A stretch of 64,000 bases of DNA from a virus: positions 32,001 through 96,000 of IMG/VR virus record IMGVR_UViG_3300045919_000302; one strand, given 5' to 3'. The stretch's first letter is position 1, and the number at the start of each line of letters is the position of its first letter. This document shows positions 38,613 to 48,849 of the stretch, in pieces. The notes beneath the pieces were generated by a model. The model was given only the letters and a program-made list of their open reading frames with translations, made no database searches and was not told the DNA's origin. A program made the position numbers and the translations under genes.

Positions 38613-39386
38613 TCAGGTTCCGATCGATGCAGACTCATTCGGCACATCCTTCACTTCTCTCTTGGCAGCGGCCTCCATAACCTTCTGCTGCTGCTCGGGA
38701 CTCATTCGGCCGTACATCGTCGCTAAATTTTCTGCGAACCTTACGAGCCGGGCTCTCGACTGAGGGTCGGCCATGACTTCGTTCATCTGGGGCTTTGAAT
38801 AGAGCTGGCTCCAGTTCACGTCTTTGCTCTTGGCCATTTGCTCCATGGCTTCGCCCGCCTGAGCATTTGTCACGCCCATCATCTTCATGAGGTCGGCCAT
38901 CTGCCGGAGCAGCTCGCGGGCTTCGGAGAAGTTCTTCTCCCCGCCGGTCAGGAGAAATCCGATCCCCTCCTCGCGCTTCATCAAGATCTCGATACGCTTC
39001 TTCTGGAGATCGAAGAGGTATTTGCACTCGGCCACCAGATCAACCTGAGCCTCGACCTTCTTTTTGGTCTCGACATAATGGTTCGGGTTCATCCGGGCCA
39101 TCATCAAGCCCTTGGGGAGTGTGGCCTTGAAGTGCTCGACCATCTGCCGGACGCTCTCCAGCTTCAGATCTGTCAGCTCGTTCAGTGACTGGATGTGGCG
39201 GGCGACCTCAACCCCGGGCATTCCACCGATCAGCATGGCCCGGACCGTCTCAAAGCAGTTCAGCGCTCGGATCCGGGCAACAAAGCTCTTGCTGACCCAA
39301 GACGGAAAGCCAACGTAGGGCGAGCAAGGAAGGTCCGCCTTGGTCTCAATGCTGGCTGACACGCCTACCGTGACGCTGAATTCCAT
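38613..39386 (-). CDS. Hypothetical helical protein (start uncertain)
   Basis: Long ORF, phage-like codon usage. Confidence 0.6.
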   Translation of the reverse strand: MEFSVTVGVSASIETKADLPCSPYVGFPSWVSKSFVARIRALNCFETVRAMLIGGMPGVEVARHIQSLNELTDLKLESVRQMVEHFKATLPKGLMMARMNPNHYVETKKKVEAQVDLVAECKYLFDLQKKRIEILMKREEGIGFLLTGGEKNFSEARELLRQMADLMKMMGVTNAQAGEAMEQMAKSKDVNWSQLYSKPQMNEVMADPQSRARLVRFAENLATMYGRMSPEQQQKVMEAAAKREVKDVPNESASIGT

Positions 39387-39715
39387 TCTCTAAAACCCCA
39401 TAACAGCTCGTTACAACCTAGACCTACAAAATGATACACGCTTTGTAAAGCGTCACAAAATCCTTTGAGATTGAGTGATTAAATCGGGCGGCCTCGCTCA
39501 TGACAAATAGTGTTGACCAAGTAGTACCTGACTTGATAGGTATAGCTACAGATGGATCGGGGAATCCCCTTTTGAACTCTCCGGTCCATCTACTCTGACC
39601 AAGGTCCTCGGGGCTTCCTCCTGGGCCCGGTCGAGACAACAAACACCGGTCCATCCGCTTACTCCAAGGCCAGCGGGTGGGATCAAAACCGTAAGGGCCT
39701 TTCAAGGAGTCCGAC

Positions 39716-40219
39716 ATGTCCTCGTCCATTAGCAATCTCTTGTCTCGTTGTAAGACCATCCCCACCCTGCAAGCTGCCCTAGTCGAACAGGCTAAAGACC
39801 CAAGCTGGTCTTTGGATCTGGAGGGGGAGCTTTGGATCCGGTGGGGCCGGGGGCGCATTGGCGCACGGCTCCTGGAAATCACCGTGCTCGTGGTGGGCAA
39901 TGCCACCTACGGGGAAACCTCGGCGTTCCAGGCGGTGCAGGATGCCGCACGTGGGGCCTCTCACAACTGGATGTTCCATCTCCTGAACCGGTTCTCGGAT
40001 CTCTGCTTGGAGAACGGCTGGCCTTTCTACGGTGCGTGTATCGTGGACCAGGCTGGCAACATCCCGGCGGGCTTCAGTAAGTGGTACGTGAAGAACGTGC
40101 CCGTATTGCAGCACAGACCCCTGAAGGATCTCCAGGCCGAATGCCTCACCAGTGCCCCGCCGACCGCTCACGAAATGGGACTCGCGATATCGAAGTACAT
40201 CTATAAAAATAAGCTGTAA
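39716..40219 (+). CDS. Hypothetical protein
   Basis: AAGGAG RBS; 167 aa. Confidence 0.6.
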   Translation: MSSSISNLLSRCKTIPTLQAALVEQAKDPSWSLDLEGELWIRWGRGRIGARLLEITVLVVGNATYGETSAFQAVQDAARGASHNWMFHLLNRFSDLCLENGWPFYGACIVDQAGNIPAGFSKWYVKNVPVLQHRPLKDLQAECLTSAPPTAHEMGLAISKYIYKNKL

Positions 40220-40458
40220 GCACAGGGGCTTGTTTGTTGAGATATAACGCTATCCCACTAGCGTGCCCTGTCTTGACAATTTGTTTGACAACTTGTCTTT
40301 TGAGGACGATATGTGCCTCACGTAGTGACCTGAGACCCCACCCATCCTCTCGACTCTCTCAACTTAGAGATACGCAATACTCTGAGCTGAGGGGGTGGGG
40401 AGGGGCCTCTAACGCAGTGCATAACTAAGGACAACACCTTTGGTTATTGGGGGAACGC

Positions 40459-40872
40459 ATGAGAGAGATCTTAGTCATCGACGACGACTCGTCCATCTTA
40501 GAGGTCCTTATGGTCGCGCTCCAGACGGAAGGCTTCACAGTTATCGGAGCCTCATCTGGACAAGAAGCGCTCGATCTTGTTGCTCGGGGGCTCAGTCCGG
40601 CCCTGGTCTTCTGCGATCTCATCATGTCCGAAATGAGTGGGGGCCAATTCCTCTCCGAGTTTTTCAAACTCCGAGGTCACAATGTCCCAGTCGTGCTGAT
40701 GTCAGCCGTATCGTTTAAGCCACAGATCCCGGGCGTCACTCATCTCATCCAAAAGCCGTTCGATCTTGAAACTGTCTGCCAGATCGCCGCCACCTACTGC
40801 CCCAAGATCCCGACCGCGCTTATGGGTCTCAGTAAAAAGACCACCCAAGCCTGGATCGAAGAGGTGTCATAA
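40459..40872 (+). CDS. Stand-alone CheY-like response regulator receiver
   Basis: ILVIDDD, FCDLIM (phospho-Asp), MSA, QKPF. Confidence 0.9.
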   Translation: MREILVIDDDSSILEVLMVALQTEGFTVIGASSGQEALDLVARGLSPALVFCDLIMSEMSGGQFLSEFFKLRGHNVPVVLMSAVSFKPQIPGVTHLIQKPFDLETVCQIAATYCPKIPTALMGLSKKTTQAWIEEVS

Positions 40873-40907
40873 CTTACGGGCGACCAGATCCTGGCGGGCG
40901 TAAGTTA
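40870..40907. repeat. Dispersed hairpin element, copy 3
   Basis: TAACTTACG-GGCGACCAGATCCTGGCGGG-CGTAAGTTA; begins at the regulator's TAA. Confidence 0.7.
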
Positions 40908-40918
40908 CTGGACTACTT

Positions 40919-41163
40919 TCACTTGACGTGCGTATCGGTCATGTCTTCGATGGCACTTCTCACCGACAGGGCCCCAGGTTGTGGAACCTTGTCGATGAAC
41001 CCCCGCAATTCGATGTCATGGCAGATTTGAATGTCCCGCTCCCGCTGCCACGCGGCCCCGGCGAGGAATGCGCCCTTTATCGATGCCCACCCCCCCCCCC
41101 CTCCCATTCCGCGAAGTCGGTATTGTCCGCGTGCTCCTTCGCCGCTTTCTCAACTTCCTTCAT
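40919..41163 (-). pseudogene. Small gene frameshifted at a G12 tract
   Basis: MKEVEKAAKEH...EWE-G12-then WASIKGAFLAGAAWQRE in another frame. Confidence 0.55.
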
Positions 41164-41916
41164 TTCCATCTCCTGTGTGAGTCCGTTGGGGCGACGCCGC
41201 CCGAACGACTTCGCGCGCGGCTTCCAGCAGGTAGGGCTCCCGGTCGCCGGGCTTCCAATCGAGTCCGTTGCACGCGCTGATGGCGTGACTCAGATTTTCA
41301 ATGGCCTTCTCAACTTCCGTCATTGTTACCTCCATTTAGTTCCGACCCATCAGCGGCCTCGACTTCTTCCATTGCGTCGCAATACCAGCAGAGTTTGGAG
41401 CCCGGATCAGGCTTGTAAGGACAATCACAGTCCTTGCATTCGCACTTAGGGCATATGGTCGCCGTTCCTGTCCACTGCGTCCCGCAATGGGTGCATTGGC
41501 GGTAACCCTTTCTGATTTTGGTTTTCTTCTTTTTCATCTTCTTGTCCTACGAGTAGTTAAAGCGGCTGGCTCTCGCTTAATCGCCATTTACCTGGCCTGT
41601 GTTCCTTTCCGGGGCTCCGTACTCAGTATCCCTTCCAGGCACCGCTGTTTTGCGTGTCAGGTCTATTTGTTCCGCCAGTAAACCACCATCAAGACAGCGA
41701 CGATTACTGGCAGAAATATTCCGACTAGGGTCAGCACTTCATCTCCTTTCACGCACGTCTGAGTGCGTACCAATGTTTCCAAAACCAGCCGAGTTTCCCA
41801 TTCAACCGATTAAATTTCTTCCAGTCCACTTTCGGGTTGTGGACGCAATGAACGGTCCAGCAATCGCACGCTCTGAGCAGCATCATCGAGGCGGTTCCTT
41901 TTCGGACTTCCATCGC

Positions 41917-42282
41917 TCACCCATCAAAACACCCACACGGCATTTCCGGGACCGGCTCCTCTTCCACCTTGCGCGCATCAATCGGCACGCTCGCCCAGGA
42001 GAACCGGCGACCAAGCCCGGCGATGCTGATGTTGGGAATCGCTTTCGCTTCCATGGCAATGGCCCGGGCGTAAAGCTCTGGGTGTTCCTTCTGAAGCGCC
42101 GAGACTTCCCATTTCTTCGATGAGGGGCAATGAAAACATGAGGACTTACCGGGCTGGCGGAGCCCCGCGCGCCGGATCGCGGCCATGCAATCGTCCCTGT
42201 CGCAGTCCCACTCGATCAAGGGGTAGCGAACGAAATACTTATCGTCGTTGAAGTTCTTGGCCCGCTGAGGCTCGCCAGCGTC
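41917..42282 (-). pseudogene. C-terminal fragment of a PAPS-reductase-like protein
   Basis: DAGEPQRA...YPLIEW...KSSCFHCP...MEAKA; no PP-loop N-terminus upstream. Confidence 0.65.
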
Positions 42283-43309
42283 GCGTCTCCTCTCCGGAAT
42301 CGCCGCGCTCTTCTGGAAAAAGACACAGCTTGCATTTCGGACACTGCTCCTGCCTGTTGCCAATGCGGGCCTGCTCGGCCATCCAGTCGTGGTGGGCGAG
42401 GTACCCCAGGATCATATTCTTGAGTGGATGCCCGCAAGGATTCGGGTCGAATCGCGGATTTACGCGGATTTTCCTGGACATATCAAAGTCCGAACACAGA
42501 TCTCATGGCGGGAGGTAAAAGTTCACGAAGCTCAGCTTTATCTTGCTCGTCCGGCTCTTCATCGAAATCGCCGTTTCGGATCCGGGCTGCAAGCTCAGGG
42601 AGTCCGGCCTCAGTCAAGAGTTCGTTCGCCGCGATCTTCCCGCAAGCATACTTATTATTTTTATAGTCGTGGAATTCGCCGGCCTTGGCCTCGGCGATAA
42701 TTTTCTCAAGCAAGGGGGTTCTTGGTTGAACCTTCTCCAGCTCCGCCACTAATTCCACCCGCGTGTCCAGTCGCTTCTTCTTCATGGATCTCCTCAAATT
42801 CTTTTTCGGCCGTCGGACCAACTCCAAACCAGCCACCCTACCTGGCAGAGAAAGCCGATCTTCACTCGTCCGGTCCTTTGTCGATCTCGCTCAGCTTGCA
42901 CTCCAGGAGCGTGTCGCTCTCTGGGATCTCCCACCAGGGCACCACTCGTACGCGCTTCTTCGTCACCTTGTGTTGCCAGATCTTGACCTTGTTAGGCATC
43001 GAGCTTCTCGTGGAGTTTCGTGATGATCCCCTTCTGTTTGACGCTCATGGATTCGTACTTGCTGTTCCGAAGGCTTTTAATAAAGTCCTCTTCCCAATCA
43101 GTCCACTCCCGCTCATCGATGCCTTTGAGTAACGCCTGGATCTGCTTGTTGCCTGTCTCGTTTGTCTCGATCATCCGCTCTCCATTCTTCCCAGCAAGTA
43201 TCGCAAAATCTTCCCACCGTCTTGCCGTTGCTAGCTCTCATCGACCAATCTTTACTGGGGCATCTTTGGCAAGTCCGGTTCAAGATCTCTCGGGCTTCTT
43301 CCGGGAGGC

Positions 43310-44212
43310 TCATGCTGAGATCTTCCTGTTCGGTTTGTAGCGCCCATCCTGCACTGGCTTCGCTCGAACCTTAAAGGTGCCATCGGCCTCAAGATGTTCA
43401 CCGAGAACGGTGGTCACGCTCTTGCCATGCTTCTTCTCAATCCGGTTGATCTCGTCGCGGCTCATGTAGATCCGAACTTCGACCAACTGGAACTTCTCTA
43501 CTGCAACCAGGGCCTTCTCGACTGTCAGGCCGCTCCGAACCAGTGGGGCCATCATCCGCATGTGCGCTGCGCTCGACTCGTCCTTCTTGGCATACTCCAA
43601 AAGGGTCGTCGTCTGCTTTCGATTTAGGTGAAAATTCCGACGCAGATTAAGAACTTCGTGTGCTGTTGCCGCCGTAATTTTACCAGAAGGCTTCTTCCCG
43701 CCCTTGGCGTTGATGATGTCTTTACGGAACTGCTCCGGCACATCGCGATACACCTCAACCGCTGTTTCGACCCGTTGCTTGGAGATGTCGAGACGAGCTG
43801 CGATCTCTCCCTCGGAGAGGCCGCGATCCATCAGCGACAGGAACATCCGTCCGTCCTCGGCCACGCTCGTATTGCGACGCTTGATATTCTCCATCAGGTT
43901 GATGAAGTCACGATCAACATCGTTTTTTACGTCCATCACGTGGGCCGGAATGTCGAGCCAGCCCAGTTTGTTCGCGGCCTGGAGTCGGCGGTTCCCGAAG
44001 ACGGCCTCGTACTTAGAGACCTTCTTCTTGCCCTTCCCGGGAACAGTGACCTTCATCACCCCGATCGGATGAAAGAGGCCGTTCTTTTTCATCGAAGCCA
44101 TCAACTCCTGGAGGTCCTCCTTCTTATAGATGACCCGAGAGTTCTCGGTTTGCAAAATCTTCCCCAACTGAATATTTTCAACTTTCATGACCCGGGACGT
44201 TATATTGGTCAT
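43310..44212 (-). CDS. ParB/Spo0J-like protein
   Basis: ELMASMKKNGLFHPI...FGNRRLQAA...ENIKR plus HTH. Confidence 0.85.
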   Translation of the reverse strand: MTNITSRVMKVENIQLGKILQTENSRVIYKKEDLQELMASMKKNGLFHPIGVMKVTVPGKGKKKVSKYEAVFGNRRLQAANKLGWLDIPAHVMDVKNDVDRDFINLMENIKRRNTSVAEDGRMFLSLMDRGLSEGEIAARLDISKQRVETAVEVYRDVPEQFRKDIINAKGGKKPSGKITAATAHEVLNLRRNFHLNRKQTTTLLEYAKKDESSAAHMRMMAPLVRSGLTVEKALVAVEKFQLVEVRIYMSRDEINRIEKKHGKSVTTVLGEHLEADGTFKVRAKPVQDGRYKPNRKISA

Positions 44213-44757
44213 TACGAATTGTCAAGAAGGTGCCAGGCCGTATGTCCGTCGATCTCCGATGTAATCTTGGGGTTTCCATTCCATCATGTCGGCATGCTGT
44301 TCAATCAGGGACTTTAGGGCCTCATTGGATCCGAACTGATCCCCTCCCAGAACGCCCAGGATCGTCCCCAGGAGGAAGATCGCAGCGGCCTCGTCCGAGT
44401 AGGGGGTCTCGGTCTGGGTGCTCTGAAGCAAGATCTCCAGGGCTTTGACGGGCTCTTTCTGGGCTAGATTAAGGAGGGCCCCAAAGCTTAATAGGGTCTT
44501 CCGTTTCGTAAAATCCTCAACGACACATTGGCCCCCTTGCTGGGCCAAGATAGCTTGCTTCATGCGCTACTATTCCTCTCACACACTGTTGTTTTGTTTG
44601 GAATCCTTGACCTACCGATGACCAAACAAAAGGTCAAGCCGGACGACTATAAGTTTTTTGGACAGACAAAACATGAATGGTTTCAGCAAGAGTTCACGTG
44701 CCACGTCGTGACATTTTGTTCTGAATCTGTTACTATGGGCGCTCGTTGAGGTAGAGC

Positions 44758-45450
44758 ATGATTGACATAAGGCCACGGAATCGCGAGTTCTATATGACCA
44801 GCGCCATGGGGAATCTCCTGCATTCCTGGCGACAAAAGATGCAGCCGGTCGATTTCGACAAGGCCGCCGCCGAGATCCTACGGCAAGTCGAAAATTACCA
44901 GGCCCAGATCGCGAAGCTCCCCGCCGGCCGCGAGCGGGCGAAGGTCGCGATCAAGGCTCTCCAAGAACTCATCGAGCGCGAGAAGAAACAACACCTGAAA
45001 GCCTTCGAGGCGAAGGTCCAGTGTAAGGCCGGATGCGCGGGCTGCTGCCATCAACAGGTCGAAGTCAGCGGCGACGAGGGGGCTCTTCTCGCAAGCCTCG
45101 TGGACAACGGCCTCAAGATCGACATGGAACGCTTGGAGCGCCAGGCGAATACAGACTTCACCGATCTCGAATGGTGGAGGCAGTCACAGAGAGACAAGGC
45201 ATGTCTCTTCCTTGATGAAAAGAATCAGTGCCGGATCTACAGTATGCGGCCGATGGCTTGTCGAAAGTACTTCGTATTCACACCGCCAGAACAGTGCGCT
45301 GAGGTCAGCCCGACTGGATCCATTACTGTCGGCGTCTATACAATCCCGGACGCTGAGATCTTCGCCACAGCAATCATGGACTACGTCCGGGGAGAAGCAC
45401 CGATGGCCAAGGCAATATGGAAAAACTTGAAGGCAAGAAAACATGAGTGA
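44758..45450 (+). CDS. YkgJ-family (CxxCxxCC) Fe-S/Zn cluster protein
   Basis: CKAGCAGCC...CLFL...CRIYSMRPMACR. Confidence 0.85.
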   Translation: MIDIRPRNREFYMTSAMGNLLHSWRQKMQPVDFDKAAAEILRQVENYQAQIAKLPAGRERAKVAIKALQELIEREKKQHLKAFEAKVQCKAGCAGCCHQQVEVSGDEGALLASLVDNGLKIDMERLERQANTDFTDLEWWRQSQRDKACLFLDEKNQCRIYSMRPMACRKYFVFTPPEQCAEVSPTGSITVGVYTIPDAEIFATAIMDYVRGEAPMAKAIWKNLKARKHE

Positions 45451-46204
45451 GAGATATGGGGACTGCCCAAGCTGTCTCGGGCATGGATCTGTCAAGACTG
45501 AAACCGGGGTGATCGACGAGACAACTGGCGTCAGGGAGATTGTGCAGGAGGAGTGCTTCCGCTGCGGTGGAACCGGAATGAATGGAGAAGTGCAGTGAAG
45601 CCAGAAAGTCTATCCACATCGATCGGACCGGTCTTTCTCAATCAGGATACTGGCCAGTACGATACCTGTTTGGGGTCAATGCCATACGAAGTGCTGCTAG
45701 AGAAATTCGAGGCCAAGCCACGCCCTACGGTTTACGGTGAAGAAGCGATGAAGCTTTTCGGAGAAGAGGCAGTGCAAATGGAGAGCGCCCAACTGAGGGC
45801 CGCTCGATCCATCCTCGATGATCCAGAACTGCGACAAACGATCGCCAATGCCTGCGGAGTTCCGGAAAGATACATCAGGAATCCACCACCCGATAAACTC
45901 AACGAATTCTTAAAGAGTATTTTTAAATGCGACTCAGAATGAAATCAAAACCAGAAGCGACAGGATGCTCACTCGGATTCAACACTGCCGGACTGGGCGA
46001 GGTCATCATGGGGTTCGATGATGACCCGGACGGCACTCACAACGGGGCTGACTCAATGTACATCAAAGATCTCGAAGTGCTGATCGACGACAAATGGATC
46101 TGCATGTCCGAAGCGTTCCGGACGAAGCAGCTCATCCCAAACAACTACAATACGGATTTCAGAAGGCCGGAAAATGAAGAAGAGCGCAAGCTGGGCTACT
46201 GCCC

Positions 46205-46603
46205 ATGAGGTGCTACTTTCGAGTCCTCTTTAGGCGTCAGGGGAATTATATCTATATTCTAGAACTCAAAGTATTCCCTCTGGTTTTCATCTGGACTGCG
46301 AATAAATTCCCGGAGGGGTGGGCCGAAGAGGAGATCCGCTGCTGGGACTGGGGTTCGGTCGAAGACCTACTCAAGGACGCCAAACCTGAAGACCCGAGTG
46401 ATGACGATCCGACTTACGAGATTTACGGACTCATGAAGCTAGAGTCCACCAAGTCATGGACCGACTGTGGTTATGAATACGACACCGAGTGCGATATCAT
46501 CGAGTCAGAAGCCCGTTGCCTATCTAAAGAAGACGTAGAGGCTTTCGACCCGCCGCCAGAAGACTTGGCTATCAACCCTGACCGGAGTAGTACTCCGTCT
46601 TGA
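46205..46603 (+). CDS. Hypothetical acidic protein
   Basis: ORF coupled to upstream plus-strand genes. Confidence 0.5.
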   Translation: MRCYFRVLFRRQGNYIYILELKVFPLVFIWTANKFPEGWAEEEIRCWDWGSVEDLLKDAKPEDPSDDDPTYEIYGLMKLESTKSWTDCGYEYDTECDIIESEARCLSKEDVEAFDPPPEDLAINPDRSSTPS

Positions 46604-46943
46604 CGCTCATGTCTTTCGTGTCGAGGAGAACCTCACCTGAGATTTCGGTGTCGTGGGTCTCCGGATCCATCGGCAGGAATTGAAGGCAAACCTTATCCCC
46701 TCGGTGGATCTGAGACCCCAGTCCGCCGTCGTCGAAGTCGGCGTAGTCTCCGCCCCAGGAGATCCCTCGGCCTTCGCTGGAGTCACCCAAGATATCTCTT
46801 TCTCGGGTGATATGGAACTCTGGCTTCTCGTAACCCTTCTTCACTGCGGCAGCGCAAGCCTTCTTGATGGCCTTTTGAATCTCTTTGGCTGGGACGATGT
46901 CCTCAGACTCGACCATGGGAATTCCGAACCGTGAAACTTTCAT
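46572..46943 (-). CDS. FGxP-tagged protein
   Basis: MKVSRFGIPMVES; ATGA overlap with 46940..47557. Confidence 0.6.
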   Translation of the reverse strand: MKVSRFGIPMVESEDIVPAKEIQKAIKKACAAAVKKGYEKPEFHITRERDILGDSSEGRGISWGGDYADFDDGGLGSQIHRGDKVCLQFLPMDPETHDTEISGEVLLDTKDMSVKTEYYSGQG

Positions 46944-47557
46944 TTGGGAACCCCCACCAGTATTTTGAGCATCTTCTCGCCGCCGATCTCGCGATAGTAC
47001 CATCCGTCGTACCCAGGGTACTTACCCTCGGGATGCGGGCCGACCCACTCGATCTGGCCCACCACGCGCTCGACGAACTCTTTCGCGTGAACGTAGGGCA
47101 CATGGTAGTGCGTGATCATGATGTGGGCCATGGCCTTTGAAACCTCGGCGTAGTGACCGATGGTCTTAAGCTGGGAGGCTCGGAACTTGAGGGCCGCCTC
47201 TTTGCCTTCAGGGCTTCCGTCAGTGCCCGTGGCCACGCCTTTGAGGCCATGGGGCTCCTCCTTGTTCACATTCACCGCGTTCACGTGGTCATCAGAGGCC
47301 GACAAATCCACCGCGAAGATTTCCAGATTTTTACCCAGGAGATCGTCGGGCGTCTTGATCTTGAGGTGGCCACCGATCTTGGCGTAGCTCTTTTGGATCA
47401 GGTCAAACAACTCCTGGCGAACCGCTGGATCGTTCTCGATGTCGGCTCGCTTGAGTTTTACCCACTGTCCGATCGGATAATGATCTGAGAACTTCTCCAC
47501 GAGCGGGAGTCCGAAGCCGTCTACGCAAACGTCAAAAGCATTTCCAGTGATGCCCAT
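46940..47557 (-). CDS. FGxP-tagged protein
   Basis: CVDGFGLPLVEK; FDLIQKSYAKIGG...YYREIGG domain (possibly GNAT-like). Confidence 0.65.
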   Translation of the reverse strand: MGITGNAFDVCVDGFGLPLVEKFSDHYPIGQWVKLKRADIENDPAVRQELFDLIQKSYAKIGGHLKIKTPDDLLGKNLEIFAVDLSASDDHVNAVNVNKEEPHGLKGVATGTDGSPEGKEAALKFRASQLKTIGHYAEVSKAMAHIMITHYHVPYVHAKEFVERVVGQIEWVGPHPEGKYPGYDGWYYREIGGEKMLKILVGVPK

Positions 47558-47583
47558 ACTTCTTCTAATCTATCCCAGAAAGC

Positions 47584-47616
47584 TACGGATGCCAACGATG
47601 CGGCACCCGTAAGTTA
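47584..47616. repeat. Dispersed hairpin element, copy 4
   Basis: TACGGATGCCAACGATGCGGCACCCGTAAGTTA, abutting the TAA of 47614..48000. Confidence 0.65.
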
Positions 47617-48000
47617 CGCATACTGGAAATAGAGCGATATGATCATTCTGGTCTCGGTATCTCCACGTACGCTTGCCTGAAGGATTATCGTACGCTGGGT
47701 CGCTGTCGGAGCGAGTCCTCTCTCTAGGCGCTTCAGCACTGGTCTGAGCGACTCGTATTCCCACTCATTACTACATCTGAACATGATCGTTCGGACGGCA
47801 TCGGCCAACCTATGGATAGGGATCAGCTCGCCCGCCTCTAGCTCGGGCTTTTGCTCTTGTGACTCCTCTACAGGAAAGGCGGTCTCCCAGGTCTTGCCGG
47901 CCTCCTTGAGTATCCGGTTAGCCAGCCTGATTGCGTTGAGCGCCTCGCCATCGCGGTCGCTCGTAGTCATCATCATGACCTTGATGAACTTAGAGTTCAC
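47614..48000 (-). CDS. Hypothetical protein
   Basis: TTSDRDGEALNAIRLANRIL motif. Confidence 0.55.
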   Translation of the reverse strand: MNSKFIKVMMMTTSDRDGEALNAIRLANRILKEAGKTWETAFPVEESQEQKPELEAGELIPIHRLADAVRTIMFRCSNEWEYESLRPVLKRLERGLAPTATQRTIILQASVRGDTETRMIISLYFQYA

Positions 48001-48330
48001 CGGGTCTCTTGCTCAGCGTTTCGATGATCGGGTCAAGCAGATCACGAACCGTCCTGAGGGCATGAAGCGCCGCTCTCTCGCGAGCTTCCACGTGCGCGGG
48101 ATGGTTGAGTGCGGCTGTTGGCTTTACATGATCGAGCTGTTCCGCAAGCTGTGCTCTCTGAAGCTTGAGCTGTACAATCTGCACCCGTAGTTCGTCGTTC
48201 TCCTTACGGAGTTGGTCTATGCTGTCGGGCTTCGCAATCTCCGTCGGCTCCGGCGTCCGGCAATGAACACACAGACGCGGATAGGGTTGATCGATCGCCC
48301 TCGAATAGACACAGCCATCAGCGCACTTAA

Positions 48331-48819
48331 TCAAGTTTCACCACTCTCAACCGTCTTATCGACTTCTTCGTCCAGCATCTTGCCGTTCAGAGCATTCTCG
48401 AAGAAGCGCATCAACCGCCGACCTTCGAGCGAAGGAACAACGGCCGCACGGCCACCCAGCTTTGTAAGGTGAACTACCTGCTGTTCGACCAGCCCAAAGT
48501 CTTCCAGATCCTTTACGAGCCGCTTCGTGACGCCGATCCGCTCAAGCTCCTCCCGAAGGACCGGGATCTGACGCTTCTGCTCCAGCAACTGTTCCACCGC
48601 CCAGAAGATCTGGTTGAAGGCTTGGCGATGTTTTTCTTTGAATCCCCTATGGGGCAGAGGAAGGTCATCGTCATTCAGAGCCTCTAGAGGGTCAACGCGA
48701 ACCTCTTGACCGCCTCGCCAGCGATATTCAAAGCGCCCTTCGGGCGTCAGGCGATGGCCGAGGTATTCGTTCTCTTTGTGGCCAGGGGACGGCGGGGGAC
48801 GCTCGATAGGTTGTTCCAT
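48331..48819 (-). CDS. Hypothetical protein (possible winged helix)
   Basis: Preceded by TTGACA-16-TATGGT-6-ATG. Confidence 0.55.
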   Translation of the reverse strand: MEQPIERPPPSPGHKENEYLGHRLTPEGRFEYRWRGGQEVRVDPLEALNDDDLPLPHRGFKEKHRQAFNQIFWAVEQLLEQKRQIPVLREELERIGVTKRLVKDLEDFGLVEQQVVHLTKLGGRAAVVPSLEGRRLMRFFENALNGKMLDEEVDKTVESGET

Positions 48820-48849
48820 GTCAGGACCATAACAAATGGTCCTGGGCTG

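Noticed and set aside
43310-44212. Plasmid-prophage ParABS partition system
   Set aside because: No ParA ATPase or parS repeat array next to either ParB-like gene
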